From: an uncultured beta proteobacterium | GTDB taxonomy: Bacteria; Pseudomonadota; Gammaproteobacteria; Burkholderiales; Casimicrobiaceae | Assembly (NCBI GenBank): GCA_963726775.1 | Contig: CAVSDL010000008.1 | Location: 105,063 to 169,062 of the forward strand | Length of the DNA: 64,000 bases | Reading direction: 5' to 3' | In this document: in pieces, positions 53,147 to 63,592 of the stretch | How positions within the stretch are numbered: the stretch's first letter is position 1 | Layout of the letters: every line of letters begins with the position of its first letter | Made by a program: the position numbers and the translations under genes | The notes under the pieces: model-generated | Seen by the model: the letters and a program-made list of their open reading frames with translations, nothing else | What the model was told of the DNA's origin: nothing | Databases searched by the model: none

Positions 53147-53881
53147 TCAAGCCGCAGCGCGGGCCGCGCGGCGCGCGGCGATAAGCGACTTGGCGGTTTC
53201 CACCGCGATGGCGGCGTCGCGGCAGTAGGCATCGGCGCCGACCGCCTTGCCGAACGCCTCGTTCAGCGGAGCTCCGCCGACCAGCACGATGTAGTCTTCG
53301 CGGATCCCCTGGTCCTTGAGCGTGTCGATCACCACTTTCATGTACGGCATCGTCGTGGTGAGAAGCGCCGACAGGCCGAGGATGTCGGGCTTGTGCTTTT
53401 CCAGCGCTTCGAGGTACTTCTCGACCGGATTGTTGATGCCGAGGTCGATCACCTCGAATCCGGCGCCTTCCATCATCATCGAGACCAGGTTCTTGCCGAT
53501 GTCGTGGATGTCGCCTTTGACCGTGCCGATCACCATCTTGCCGATCGGCTCGACGCCGGTTTCGGCGAGCAGCGGCCGCAGGATCTCCATGCCGCCCTTC
53601 ATCGAATTGGCGGCCAGCAGCACCTCGGGCACGAACAGGATGCCGTCCCGGAAATCGATGCCGACGATGCGCATGCCCTCGACGAGCGCGTCGTTCAGGA
53701 CGCGATCCGCGGACCAGCCCCGCGCCAGCAGGATATTCGTCGCCTCGCAGACCTCGGCGCGGAGGCCGTTGTAGAGATCGTCGTGGACCTGCAGAACGAG
53801 TTCCTCGTCGTTGAGGCTGTTGAGGTCCAGATCGTCTTCAAGGTTGTCGGGCACTCGGTTCTCCGTTCGCTCGTCCACCAC
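53147..53881 (-). CDS. Cobalamin-binding corrinoid protein (MtgC/MtbC-like)
   Basis: ORF 53147..53980. It has the B12-binding cap helix domain and a Rossmann domain with the DxHxxG motif (GDIHDIGKN), plus SALLTTTM. The start is probably GTG 53881 (GGAG upstream); the alternative is ATG 53980. Confidence 0.85.
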   Translation of the reverse strand: MVDERTENRVPDNLEDDLDLNSLNDEELVLQVHDDLYNGLRAEVCEATNILLARGWSADRVLNDALVEGMRIVGIDFRDGILFVPEVLLAANSMKGGMEILRPLLAETGVEPIGKMVIGTVKGDIHDIGKNLVSMMMEGAGFEVIDLGINNPVEKYLEALEKHKPDILGLSALLTTTMPYMKVVIDTLKDQGIREDYIVLVGGAPLNEAFGKAVGADAYCRDAAIAVETAKSLIAARRAARAAA

Positions 53882-54212
53882 CCGCCCACGCTCCGTCCCC
53901 GGGGGGCACCGGTATGGAGGCCATGGTAGAGGGCTCCGCGCCGGGACGCTGACGACGTAGCGACCAAAGCATGCCGACATGCGACACCCGGGTCGCGGGC
54001 TGGCATCCTATCCCGGTCTCGCCCGCCGCGCTGCGTGGCGCATTCGCGCAATCCCGAGTCGCAATTCGCGTTACCCTCGCGCGGGGTCTGGCTACACTTG
54101 CCGCGCCAGCGCGCTATCGTGGCGGGGGGAAGGCAACGGTCGGCCGGGCCGACCGGCGCAGGGTGCCCGAAAACGGCGGGCCGCCCGGCCCGAAAAACAA
54201 GGGGTCGAAGCC

Positions 54213-56669
54213 ATGAAGTCGCATGCACGGGTCGTGGTGATCGGTGGCGGGGTGGTCGGCGTCAGCACGCTGTATCACCTGGCCAGGAAAGGCTGGTCCG
54301 ACGCGACATTGCTGGAACGAACCGAACTGACGGCGGGCTCGACCTGGCACGCGGCAGGGCTCCTGCCGCTGTTCAACATGAACTACACGGTCGGCCAGTT
54401 GCACAAGTACTCGGTGGACCTCTACAAGCGTCTGCCGGAGGAGACCGGCCAGGAGGTCGGGTTTCATGTCACCGGGAACCTGCGGCTCGCGACCTGCCGC
54501 GACCGTATGGATGAATACCTGAAATACTGCGGCACGGCCAACACGATCGGCGTGCCGTTCCAGGTGATCGGCCCCGCCGAAGTGAAAGCCTTGTGGCCGT
54601 TGGTCAACCTCGGCAATGGCGTCGACACGCCGAAAATCATCGGCGCCCTCTATCACCCGCACGATGGGCATATCGCGCCGGTCGACCTGACGATGGCGCT
54701 GCGCAAGGGCGCGCGCGCGGCCGGAGCCGAGGTGTGCGAGCAGACCGAGGTGCAGGGCGTCGAACGGACACCCGCGGGGGAGTGGAAGGTAAGAACGAGC
54801 AAGGGCGACATCGTCTGCGAGCACGTCGTGTGCGCCAGCGGAAACTACGCGCGCGAGACCGGCAGGATGTTCGGCCTCAACGTGCCTGCGATCCCGGTGG
54901 AGCACCAATACATCGTCTACGACGAATCCGCCGAGTTGAAGGCGTATCGCCAGGCGGGCGGCCACGAACTGGCGGTGCTGCGCGAATCGGACGCCTCGTA
55001 CTATCTACGCGAGGAGCGCATGGGCTGGATTCTGGGGCCCTACGAAAGGGGTGCCCCGGCGCGCTTCGCGGACGGTGTCCCCGCCTGGTTCGGCAAGGAG
55101 TTGTTCGAAGCGGACCTCGATCGCCTGCTGCCGCACGTCGAGGCCGCGATGAAGCGCGTGCCGTGCCTCGAGCACTGCGGCATCAAGACAATCGTCAACG
55201 GACCCATTTCCTATACGCCCGACGGCAGCCCGCTCGTCGGCCCGGCGTGGGGACTGCACAACGTCTGGCTGAACGAAGGCCACAGCTTCGGCGTCACCGC
55301 GGCGGGCGGGGCTGGCTGGCAGCTCGCGGAGTGGATTGTCGAGGGCGAGCCGGGCATCGACATGCTGGCCGTCGATCCGCGTCGTTACGGGCCCTACACC
55401 GGCAAGCGCTATACGGTCGGCAAGAACGAGGAGACCTATCGCGAAGTATTCACGATCCATTATCCGGACGAGGAACGCGCCGGTGCCCGTCCGGCCAAGA
55501 CCAGCCCGGTCTACGAAAAGCTCGACCGGATGGGCGCCGTGTGGGGACAACGCTACGGCTGGGAGCGTGCCAACTGGTTCGCCCCCGCCGGCGTGGAAAG
55601 GCGCGACGTGTGGAGTTTCCGGCGTTCCAACTATTTCGACCACGTCGGCAACGAGTGCCGCCTGATGCGCGGCAAGGTCGGGGTGATCGACCTCACGCCC
55701 TTCACCAAACACGAGGTGACCGGTACCGGCGCCGAGTCCTGGCTCGATTCGCTGGTGGCGAACAAAGTGCCTACGAAGCCGGGCCGCATCGCCCTTTCGC
55801 ACGCACTTACGAAGAACGGCGGCATTCGCTCCGAATTCACGATCACGAAGCTTGCGGAAGACCGCTACTACCTCGTCAGCGCCGGCGCCGGGGAACGCCA
55901 CGACAGCGACTACCTGCACAAGATGCTGCCGCCGGACGGGACCGTCGAACTCTCCAACATCACGACGCGCCGCGCGACGTTCGTCGTGGCCGGACCGAAG
56001 GCCCGCGACGTGCTGGCCCGGTTGACCGACGTCCCGCTCGACAACCAGAGTTTTCCATGGCTCACCGGGCAGGTGACCGAAGTCGGGCTCGCGGTCGATG
56101 TCTATGCGCTGCGCGTCAATTTCATCGGGGAACTGGGCTGGGAGCTGCATTTGCCGATCGAATACGCCACCGGTCTTTTCGAGGCGCTGTTCGCCGCCGG
56201 CAAGGAATTCGGCATCGGCATGGTCGGTATGCGCGCAATGGAATCGCTGCGGATCGAGAAGTCCTATCGGATGTGGGGCTCCGACCTCACCCGCGAGTAC
56301 ACCCCGTTCGAGGCGGGACTCGACCGCTTCGTGCGCATGACCAAGGGGGATTTCATCGGCAAGGCGGCGCTGGCGCGGCAGCTGGCCGACGGCGTGCCGC
56401 ACCGCTTTGCCACCCTCGAAGTCCACGGCGTTGTCGATGCGGATCCGCTGGGCAACGAGCCACTCTTCGCCGGTGGAACCCTGGTCGGGCGCGCCACCGC
56501 CGGATGCTACGGTCACGTGCTGGGCAAGAGTCTCGCTCTCGCCTATGTCAAGCCGCAGTTCGCCGCACTTGGCTCCGAAATGGAGATCGAAATCCTGGGC
56601 AAACGTCACCAGGCCACGGTGCTCGGCGAGTCGCCGTTCGATCCCGAGAATCTGCGGCTGCGCGCCTGA
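54213..56669 (+). CDS. Dimethylglycine dehydrogenase family FAD enzyme with GcvT-like folate domain (paralogue 2)
   Basis: ORF 53979..56669 trimmed to the ATG at 54213 (MKSHARVVVIGGGVVGVSTLYHLA). It has AGSTWHAAGL and the C-terminal RIEKSYRMWGSDLTREYTPFEAGL. Confidence 0.88.
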   Translation: MKSHARVVVIGGGVVGVSTLYHLARKGWSDATLLERTELTAGSTWHAAGLLPLFNMNYTVGQLHKYSVDLYKRLPEETGQEVGFHVTGNLRLATCRDRMDEYLKYCGTANTIGVPFQVIGPAEVKALWPLVNLGNGVDTPKIIGALYHPHDGHIAPVDLTMALRKGARAAGAEVCEQTEVQGVERTPAGEWKVRTSKGDIVCEHVVCASGNYARETGRMFGLNVPAIPVEHQYIVYDESAELKAYRQAGGHELAVLRESDASYYLREERMGWILGPYERGAPARFADGVPAWFGKELFEADLDRLLPHVEAAMKRVPCLEHCGIKTIVNGPISYTPDGSPLVGPAWGLHNVWLNEGHSFGVTAAGGAGWQLAEWIVEGEPGIDMLAVDPRRYGPYTGKRYTVGKNEETYREVFTIHYPDEERAGARPAKTSPVYEKLDRMGAVWGQRYGWERANWFAPAGVERRDVWSFRRSNYFDHVGNECRLMRGKVGVIDLTPFTKHEVTGTGAESWLDSLVANKVPTKPGRIALSHALTKNGGIRSEFTITKLAEDRYYLVSAGAGERHDSDYLHKMLPPDGTVELSNITTRRATFVVAGPKARDVLARLTDVPLDNQSFPWLTGQVTEVGLAVDVYALRVNFIGELGWELHLPIEYATGLFEALFAAGKEFGIGMVGMRAMESLRIEKSYRMWGSDLTREYTPFEAGLDRFVRMTKGDFIGKAALARQLADGVPHRFATLEVHGVVDADPLGNEPLFAGGTLVGRATAGCYGHVLGKSLALAYVKPQFAALGSEMEIEILGKRHQATVLGESPFDPENLRLRA

Positions 56670-56720
56670 CGCTGCGCATGCCATTGATCATTGCCTGACT
56701 GGGTGACGCTTCCGCAAGTA

Positions 56721-56826
56721 TGATCGTCGTTCCCGCGAACGCGGGGACCCAGAGACGTGATGCAAGCCACTGGATTCCCGCGTTCGCGGGAACGACGATA
56801 CTTCTGCGACCGTTGTCACTCAATTC
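56721..56826 (+). repeat. Intergenic palindromic repeat, family 1, copy C (short form)
   Basis: tgatcgtcgttcccgcgaacgcggggaccc...attcccgcgttcgcgggaacgacgatacttctgcgaccgttgtcactcaat. It contains the inverted pair cgtcgttcccgcgaacgcgg / ccgcgttcgcgggaacgacg and lacks the 35-nt block of copies A and B. Confidence 0.75.
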
Positions 56827-56835
56827 GGTAATCGA

Positions 56836-58113
56836 TTGTCAGATCGAAAAGACATTGGCGAATTCGGCAAGGGCATCGAAACCCGCTATGCGTGGACGCG
56901 ACTCCTCGTATCGCTGCTGCTGATGACCATTGGCGGCTCGGGCATGTACTCGGTCGCCGTGGTGCTGCCGCGCATCCAGGCCGAGTTCGGCGTGGCGCGC
57001 GCGGACGCGTCGCTGCCCTACACGCTGACCATGATCGGCTTCGGTTTCGGCGGCATTCTCTTCGGTCGCCTGTCCGATCGCTACGGCGTGATGGCGGCCG
57101 TGCTCGCAGGGACCGTGGGACTGGCGGCGGGCTTCGTCGCCGCGGGCGCTTCGGGCAGCCTGTGGCAGTTTGCGCTGGCGCAGGGCGTGCTGATCGGATT
57201 GCTCGGCACGGCGGCCACGTTTGCGCCGCTGGTCGCCGACACGTCGCAGTGGTTCACGCGGCGGCGCGGCATCGCCGTGGCGATCTGCATGAGCGGCAAC
57301 TATCTCGCGGGCGCCGTATGGCCGCCGGTCATGCAGCACTTCATCGACACCGCAGGCTGGCGGCAGACCTATGTCGGCGTCGGCGTGTTCTGCTTCCTCG
57401 CGATGGTCCCGCTCGCGCTGGTGTTGCGCCGACGTCCGCCGGCGCACTCGCCGCTTGCGGTCGACCCCCGGCCGGCGCCTTTGCATCCCGGCGCGGGATC
57501 GGTGTCGACCCATCCCCTGGGATTCTCGCCCGCCGCGCTGCAGGGGCTGCTCTGTGTCGCCGGCGTGGCCTGTTGCGTCGCCATGTCGATGCCGCAGGTG
57601 CATATCGTCGCCTACTGCGGCGATCTCGGCTTCGGGGCGGCGCGCGGCGCGGAGATGCTCTCGCTGATGCTCGGCTTCGGCATCGTGAGCCGGCTCGTCT
57701 CGGGCTGGATAGCGGACCATATCGGCGGCCTCTCCACGCTGCTGCTCGGTTCGCTGCTGCAAGGCATCGCGCTGCTGATGTTTCTGCCCTTCGACGGTCT
57801 TGCCTCGCTCTACGTGGTGTCCGCGCTGTTCGGACTTTTCCAGGGCGGCATCGTGCCCGCCTACGCGCTGATCGTTCGCGAGTACTTCACTCCGAAGGAA
57901 GCCGGCGCGCGCGTCGGCACGGTGCTGATGGCGACCCTGTTCGGCATGGCGCTGGGTGGCTGGATGTCCGGGGCGATCTTCGACCTCACCGGGTCGTACC
58001 GCGCCGCGTTTCTGAATGGCATTGCGTGGAATCTGCTCAATGTGAGCGTGGTCGCGTTTCTCCTGTATCGGGCGAGGCGCGGGAGCAGGGCGCTGGCGGA
58101 CCCCGCCCGCTGA
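56836..58113 (+). CDS. MFS transporter (12-TM, oxalate/formate antiporter-like subfamily)
   Basis: ORF 56836..58113 begins with TTG. It has about 12 TM helices and the GRLSDRYG loop motif. The start codon is uncertain. Confidence 0.78.
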   Translation: MSDRKDIGEFGKGIETRYAWTRLLVSLLLMTIGGSGMYSVAVVLPRIQAEFGVARADASLPYTLTMIGFGFGGILFGRLSDRYGVMAAVLAGTVGLAAGFVAAGASGSLWQFALAQGVLIGLLGTAATFAPLVADTSQWFTRRRGIAVAICMSGNYLAGAVWPPVMQHFIDTAGWRQTYVGVGVFCFLAMVPLALVLRRRPPAHSPLAVDPRPAPLHPGAGSVSTHPLGFSPAALQGLLCVAGVACCVAMSMPQVHIVAYCGDLGFGAARGAEMLSLMLGFGIVSRLVSGWIADHIGGLSTLLLGSLLQGIALLMFLPFDGLASLYVVSALFGLFQGGIVPAYALIVREYFTPKEAGARVGTVLMATLFGMALGGWMSGAIFDLTGSYRAAFLNGIAWNLLNVSVVAFLLYRARRGSRALADPAR

Positions 58114-58209
58114 CCGCTCCCGGTCATTTGTCGGCCGGCGGCGACCGTTCGGTCGCCTGCGGGGCCGATCCGCCGACGCGCCGGGGGCCGGGATTGGTAC
58201 ACTTGGCAT

Positions 58210-58719
58210 ATGAAGGCGATCCTTCTCCTGTTGCTGGGGTTTCCGGTGTTTTCCGGAGCCGCGCTCGCGATCACGCCCGGCGAGGTCGCCGTCGGCAGCG
58301 TGCTGCGCGACGCGCCTCTCTACGGCCTGTTTCATGACTTCCGGATGCTTTCCGATTTCCGCGGCAAACCCCTGGTCATCAACGTCTGGGCCAGCTGGTG
58401 CGGTCCCTGCCGGCTGGAAATGGGGTCGCTCCAGCGCCTCGCCAAGCGCGTCGAGGGGAAGCAGTTCAACGTCATCGGCGTCTCGACCGACGACAATTCC
58501 GACGCGGCCGCGGCGTTCCTGCGCCGGTCGGGAATCACTTTCGACAACTACGTCGATCGGAAGCTGGTGCTCGAGAACATGCTGGGCGCGAACACGATTC
58601 CGCTGACCGTGCTGATCGATGCCGACGGACGCGTGGTCAGGAAGATCTACGGGGCCCACGAATGGGACAGCCCGGAATTTCTCGACCTGATCGGAAAGAC
58701 GCTCGGCGTAAAGTTGTAG
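58210..58719 (+). CDS. TlpA-family periplasmic thiol:disulfide oxidoreductase
   Basis: The signal peptide is MKAILLLLLGFPVFSGAALA. It has a thioredoxin fold with the WASWCGPCRLE active site. Confidence 0.82.
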   Translation: MKAILLLLLGFPVFSGAALAITPGEVAVGSVLRDAPLYGLFHDFRMLSDFRGKPLVINVWASWCGPCRLEMGSLQRLAKRVEGKQFNVIGVSTDDNSDAAAAFLRRSGITFDNYVDRKLVLENMLGANTIPLTVLIDADGRVVRKIYGAHEWDSPEFLDLIGKTLGVKL

Positions 58720-58864
58720 CCGCGCGCGGCGCGCACCGCGGTGCGACGCCATCCCGACCTGGTCGGCGTGCTGTTTCTCGCCATCCGGATCGCGCGGCTC
58801 GCCGGTGCCCATCCACCGGTGCAACGCGAGCGGCGCTGAGGCCGCGTCCGGAGCGTGCGAGCCG

Positions 58865-60532
58865 TCAGCGCTGCTTCGTTTGCCACTCCGGGTGGATGTA
58901 GACGGGCACCGTGATTGGCGGCAGCGGTTGCTTTTCGAGAATGATGTCGGCCGCCATTTCGCCGATCATGATGGTGGGCGCGTTGAGGTTGCCGCTCACC
59001 ACGGATGGCATGATCGACGCGTCCACGACGCGCAGGCCCTCGGTGCCGCGCACGCGCAGGTTGCCGTCGACGACGGCCAGCGGATCATCGTCGGCGCCCA
59101 TCTTGCAGGTGCACGACGGATGGAAGGCGCTCTCCGCCTTGCGCCGGAGGTGCGCGTCGAGCGCGGTGTCGTCCGTGACCTCCGGTCCCGGCGCCAGCTC
59201 GTCGCCGCGGAAGGGATCGAACGCCTTCTGCGCGAAGATCTCGCGGGTGAGCCGGATGCCGTCGCGAAATTCGCGGCGGTCGCCTTCGGTCGCCATGTAG
59301 TTGAACTGGATGTGCGGCGGCTTGCGCGGGTCCGCGGATGCCAGCCGGACCCAGCCCTTCGAGGTCGGGCGCATCGGGCCCACGTGCGCCTGGAAACCGT
59401 GCCGGTCGACCTTGCCCTTGCCGTCGTAGCTGATGGCGATCGGCAGGAAGTGGTACTGCAGGTCGGGGTGCCTGACGCCGGCGCGGCTGCGGATGAAGCC
59501 GCCGGACTCGAAATGGTTGGTCGCGCCGAGGCCGGTCCGGAACAGCAGCCACTCGGCGCCGATGCGGCCCATGGCGAAGAGGTTCTGGGTCGAATAGAGC
59601 GTGATCGGTTGCGTGCAGGCGTACTGCACGTAGGTTTCGATGTGATCCTGCAGATTTTCGCCGACGCCGGGAACGTGCGCGACCGGCGCGATGCCGAATG
59701 CCTGCAGCGCGTCGGCATTGCCGATTCCGGACAGCATCAGCACCTGCGGCGAGTTGATGGCGCCGCCGCAAACGATGACCTCGCGGCGGGCGCGAACTCG
59801 CGCCACACGGTTCCTTTGTGAATACTCGACGCCGATCGCGCGCGTTCGTTCGAACAGGACGCGGGTCACGAGGCAACGCGACTCGACCGTCAGATTCGGA
59901 CGCGCGCGCGCCGGCCGCAGGTAGGCCATCGCGGCGCTCCAGCGGCGGCCCCGGTAGATCGTCATGTCCATCGGCCCGACGCCCTCCTGGCGGTACCCGT
60001 TCATGTCCTCGGTGATCGCGTACCCGGCTTGCCTGCCGGCGTCGACAAATGCCCGGTAGAGCGGGTTCTTCATCGCTCCCGTGGTGACATACAGCGGACC
60101 GTCGCCGCCGCGGTAGTCGTCGGCCCCCTTGATCCGTGTTTCGGCGCGTTTGAAGTAGGGGAGGCAATGCGCGTAGGACCAGTGCTCGAGACCCCGGACG
60201 CCGGCCCAGCCGTCGTAATCCAGCGCGTGGCCGCGGATGTAGACCATGCCGTTGATCGACGACGAGCCGCCGAGCACGCGGCCGCGCGGACAGGACATGC
60301 GCCGTCCGTCCATGTGCGGCTCGGGCTCGGTCACGTACGCCCAGTTGTAGGTGTCGTCGGCGAGCGGATAGGCGAACGCGGAAGGCATGTGGATGAAAAG
60401 GCTGCAATCCGGCGGCCCGGCCTCGATCAGCAGCACGGTGATCTCCGGCTGCTCGGTAAGGCGTCGGGCAAGCACGCACCCGGCCGAACCGGCGCCGACG
60501 ATGATGTAGTCGAATTCCGTCTGGCGTGGCAT
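58865..60532 (-). CDS. betA: Choline dehydrogenase (GMC oxidoreductase)
   Basis: ORF 58865..60532 has FDYIIVGAGSAGCVLARRL and GGSSSINGMVYIRG. The C-terminal GMC signature contains HPSCTCKMG. The gene sits downstream of betB. Confidence 0.9.
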   Translation of the reverse strand: MPRQTEFDYIIVGAGSAGCVLARRLTEQPEITVLLIEAGPPDCSLFIHMPSAFAYPLADDTYNWAYVTEPEPHMDGRRMSCPRGRVLGGSSSINGMVYIRGHALDYDGWAGVRGLEHWSYAHCLPYFKRAETRIKGADDYRGGDGPLYVTTGAMKNPLYRAFVDAGRQAGYAITEDMNGYRQEGVGPMDMTIYRGRRWSAAMAYLRPARARPNLTVESRCLVTRVLFERTRAIGVEYSQRNRVARVRARREVIVCGGAINSPQVLMLSGIGNADALQAFGIAPVAHVPGVGENLQDHIETYVQYACTQPITLYSTQNLFAMGRIGAEWLLFRTGLGATNHFESGGFIRSRAGVRHPDLQYHFLPIAISYDGKGKVDRHGFQAHVGPMRPTSKGWVRLASADPRKPPHIQFNYMATEGDRREFRDGIRLTREIFAQKAFDPFRGDELAPGPEVTDDTALDAHLRRKAESAFHPSCTCKMGADDDPLAVVDGNLRVRGTEGLRVVDASIMPSVVSGNLNAPTIMIGEMAADIILEKQPLPPITVPVYIHPEWQTKQR

Positions 60533-60572
60533 GGCGAAATCCGTTCTAGCAGGTCATTGAGAAAAACACGAT

Positions 60573-60661
60573 GTCATTCCGAGGAGCGAAGGTGACGAGG
60601 AATCTGCTGTTGAGTCGCATCGAGATCAAGAGCAGATCTCTCGTGGTGCTCGGGATGACAC
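60573..60661. repeat. Intergenic imperfect palindromic repeat, family 2, between betB and betA
   Basis: The left arm is gtcattccgaggagcgaaggtgacgaggaatctgc and the right arm is gcagatctctcgtggtgctcgggatgac. The right-arm 14-mer ctcgggatgacacg recurs at 28809-28822. Confidence 0.6.
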
Positions 60662-60671
60662 GATCGTGCTT

Positions 60672-62132
60672 TCAGTACGGACAGGCGACGTCGCCCATCT
60701 CGACGTAGACGCTCTTCAACTGCGTGTAGTGCTCGATCGTGACGAGCCCGTTCTCGCGGCCGATCCCCGATTGCTTGGTGCCGCCGAAGGGAATCTCGAC
60801 CGGCGTGACGTTGTAGTTGTTGATCCAGCAGACGCCCGCCTGCAGCTTCGCGACGACCCGGTGCGCGCGAGCGAGGTCGCGCGTGAACACGCCGGCGGCC
60901 AGGCCGAAGGCCGTGTCGTTGGCGCGGCGCACGACGTCGTCCTCGTCGGAGAATTTCAGAACCGACATGACGGGCCCGAAAATCTCCTCGCGCACGATCG
61001 CGATGTCGTCGGTGCAGTCGGCGAAGATCGTGGGCTCGACGAAATACCCGCGGCCGAGACTGCCCGTGGTGACGCGATGGCCGCCGCAGACGAAGCGTGC
61101 GCTGCGCCGGCCGTCACGAATCGCGGCCAGGACACGGTTCATGTGTTCCTCGGAGATGAGCGCGCCGACCTGCGTGGTCGGATCGAGCGGATCGCCGATC
61201 TTCATCCGGCGCGTGCGCGCCGCGAGCTGGTCGAGGAATGCGTCGTGGACGCCTTCGTGCACGAAGACGCGCGTGCCGTTGGTGCACACTTCGCCCTGCG
61301 TGTAGAAGTTGCCCATCATCGCCGCGGCGACGGCGTTGCCGAGGTCGGCATCGTCGAAGATGATCAGCGGCGACTTGCCGCCGAGCTCCATCGTCACGCG
61401 CTTCAGCGTGCCCGCGGCGTCGGCCATGACGCGCTTCCCGGTGCCGACCTCGCCCGTCAGCGAGACCTTGGCCACCGCCGGATGGCGCACCAGCAGTTCG
61501 CCGGCGCGCGCGTCGCCCTGGACCACGTTGAAGACGCCGTCGGGGACGCCGGCTTCGGTGTACGCCTCGGCGAGCAGCGCGGCGGTGAGCGGCGTCAGCT
61601 CGGCGGGCTTGAAGATCATCGCGTTGCCGCAGGCGAGCGCCGGCGCCGATTTCCAGCACGCGATCTGTATCGGGTAGTTCCACGCGCCGATGCCGACACA
61701 GATGCCCAGGGGTTCGCGGCGCGTGTAGGCGAACGCGCCCTTGAGCTGGTAGTGCTCGCCGTGGAGCGACGCCGCGAGGCCGCCGTAATACTCGATGCAG
61801 TCCGCGCCGGACAGGACGTCGACGGCCTCCGCTTCCTGGATCGGCTTTCCCGTGTCGCGCACTTCGATCTCGGCGATTTCGCGGTTGCGCTTGCGCAGAA
61901 TCCGGGAAGCGCGGTTGAGGATGCGTCCGCGCTCCGCGCCGGTCATCGCCGACCAGACTTTGAATCCGGCTTCGGCTGCGGTGACGGCCTGCTCGATCTC
62001 GGCCACTCCCGCCTGCTCGACGCGGCAGAGGATTTCCCCGGTCGCCGGATTGATGTCGGCGAACGTCTCGCCGGAGGCGCTGCGCACGTATCGGCCGCCG
62101 ATGTAGCTTTGCTGCAGGGTCGAGATCTTCAT
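60672..62132 (-). CDS. betB: Betaine aldehyde dehydrogenase
   Basis: ORF 60672..62132 is an aldehyde dehydrogenase with ELGGKSP and a catalytic Cys context ([16 protein letters not shown]). It is adjacent to betA. Confidence 0.9.
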   Translation of the reverse strand: MKISTLQQSYIGGRYVRSASGETFADINPATGEILCRVEQAGVAEIEQAVTAAEAGFKVWSAMTGAERGRILNRASRILRKRNREIAEIEVRDTGKPIQEAEAVDVLSGADCIEYYGGLAASLHGEHYQLKGAFAYTRREPLGICVGIGAWNYPIQIACWKSAPALACGNAMIFKPAELTPLTAALLAEAYTEAGVPDGVFNVVQGDARAGELLVRHPAVAKVSLTGEVGTGKRVMADAAGTLKRVTMELGGKSPLIIFDDADLGNAVAAAMMGNFYTQGEVCTNGTRVFVHEGVHDAFLDQLAARTRRMKIGDPLDPTTQVGALISEEHMNRVLAAIRDGRRSARFVCGGHRVTTGSLGRGYFVEPTIFADCTDDIAIVREEIFGPVMSVLKFSDEDDVVRRANDTAFGLAAGVFTRDLARAHRVVAKLQAGVCWINNYNVTPVEIPFGGTKQSGIGRENGLVTIEHYTQLKSVYVEMGDVACPY

Positions 62133-62508
62133 GAGGGTATTGTTTCGGGAGCGGCACGATGGGCGCGCAGGGCGCGTCCAAGGCGGGTTGCGGGCGCCGA
62201 CCCGTTGTCGCGTTCGGTGCGCTAATTTACGACAACTGCGATCGGAGGGCTCGAACTATTGTCCGCGATATTCCGGCGCATGCGGCGGTTGGCCCAAGTG
62301 GCTCCGTGGCGATGCGTCCATGTCTGGCTTCGGGCAGAGCCGACGCCTGGAGGCATCGCGCAACCGGCGCGTCGTACTGGACAGTGACGTCGCAATTTGA
62401 CAAACTTGTGTCGTCGATGCGTACGATTGTCGAATGCCGGTTTCCCATGATGATTGCGACAGCCGTCCGCAGCCGCGGCGCGCGTTCCAGCGACCGGGGT
62501 GGGTCCTG

Positions 62509-63537
62509 ATGCGCCGGAATGTCGTCACCGGTGGCGCCGCCGGCCGCGATTCGGATCTCAAGCAATCCGCGCGACTGTCCTCCAGGTACCGGTTCGGCTT
62601 CCTGACGTTGCCCTCCTATTCGATGATTGCGCTGACGAGCGCCGTCGAGCCGCTGCGCATGGCCAACCGGCTGTGCCGGCACGAAGTCTACGAGTGGTCG
62701 ATTGCGAGCCTCGACGGGGCACCGGTGGCCGCGAGCAACGGCCTGTCGCTGTCGCCGACGGTGGCGCTCGACCACCTGGGGCCCGTCAACGTCGTTTTCG
62801 TTTGCGGAGGCGTGAACGTGCAGCAGGCGGTCACGCCGGAGCTCTTGCGGACGCTGCGCCGGCTGGCGCAGCGGCGCGTCCCGCTCGGCTCGCTCTGCAC
62901 CGGCGGCTACGCGCTCGCCAAGGCGGGCCTGCTCGACAAGTATCGCGCCGCGATCCACTGGGAGAACATGTCCGCATTGCGCGAGGAATTCCCGAGGATC
63001 AATTTCACCGAGCAGCTCTTCGCGATCGACCGCGACCGCTACACGTGCTCGGGCGGCATCGCGCCGCTCGACCTCATGCTCAACATGATCAAGGACGACC
63101 TCGGCCGGGACATCGCGCCATTGATCTCGGAGCAGTTCATCCTCGACCGGATCCGCAGCGACCAGGACCGCCAGCACATTCCGCTGCAGGCGCAGGTCGG
63201 CGTGTTCCACGAGAGGCTCCTCAAGGCGGCATCCCTGATGGAGGCGAACATCGAGGAGCCGATGTCGCTCGACGATCTGGCAACGGCCATCGGCGTCTCG
63301 CGTCGCCAGATCGAAAGGCTGTTCAAGCAGCACCTGGATCGAGCGCCGACCCGGTACTACCTCGAACTCCGCCTGCGCCGGGCGCGCGAGTTGCTGCTGC
63401 AGACGTCGATGTCGATCATGGATATCACCACGGCCTGCGGCTTCCAGTCGCCGCCACATTTTTCCAAGTGCTACCGCAACGTTTTCGGCCATCCGCCTAG
63501 CGCCGAACGGCAGATGAACCGCGTGGCGCAGCATTGA
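62509..63537 (+). CDS. GlxA/GbdR-like transcriptional regulator (DJ-1/PfpI-like domain + AraC HTH)
   Basis: ORF 62434..63537 trimmed to the ATG at 62509. It has [27 protein letters not shown] and the C-terminal AraC HTH ([16 protein letters not shown]...[18 protein letters not shown]). It is divergent from betB. Confidence 0.78.
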   Translation: MRRNVVTGGAAGRDSDLKQSARLSSRYRFGFLTLPSYSMIALTSAVEPLRMANRLCRHEVYEWSIASLDGAPVAASNGLSLSPTVALDHLGPVNVVFVCGGVNVQQAVTPELLRTLRRLAQRRVPLGSLCTGGYALAKAGLLDKYRAAIHWENMSALREEFPRINFTEQLFAIDRDRYTCSGGIAPLDLMLNMIKDDLGRDIAPLISEQFILDRIRSDQDRQHIPLQAQVGVFHERLLKAASLMEANIEEPMSLDDLATAIGVSRRQIERLFKQHLDRAPTRYYLELRLRRARELLLQTSMSIMDITTACGFQSPPHFSKCYRNVFGHPPSAERQMNRVAQH

Positions 63538-63592
63538 ACGCGCCGTCGATGTCGTGCCGTCGAATGCGGGCGCGGGCCGCGGTTACCGGGCC

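Noticed and set aside
53982-54212. Possible cobalamin riboswitch in the divergent region between the corrinoid-protein gene and DMGDH paralogue 2
   Set aside because: I looked for the B12-box and core elements (GCCACTG-like segment, GGGAA...GGTG...AATCC pattern) on both strands and found only vague GC-rich similarity. A covariance-model scan would be needed to be sure.
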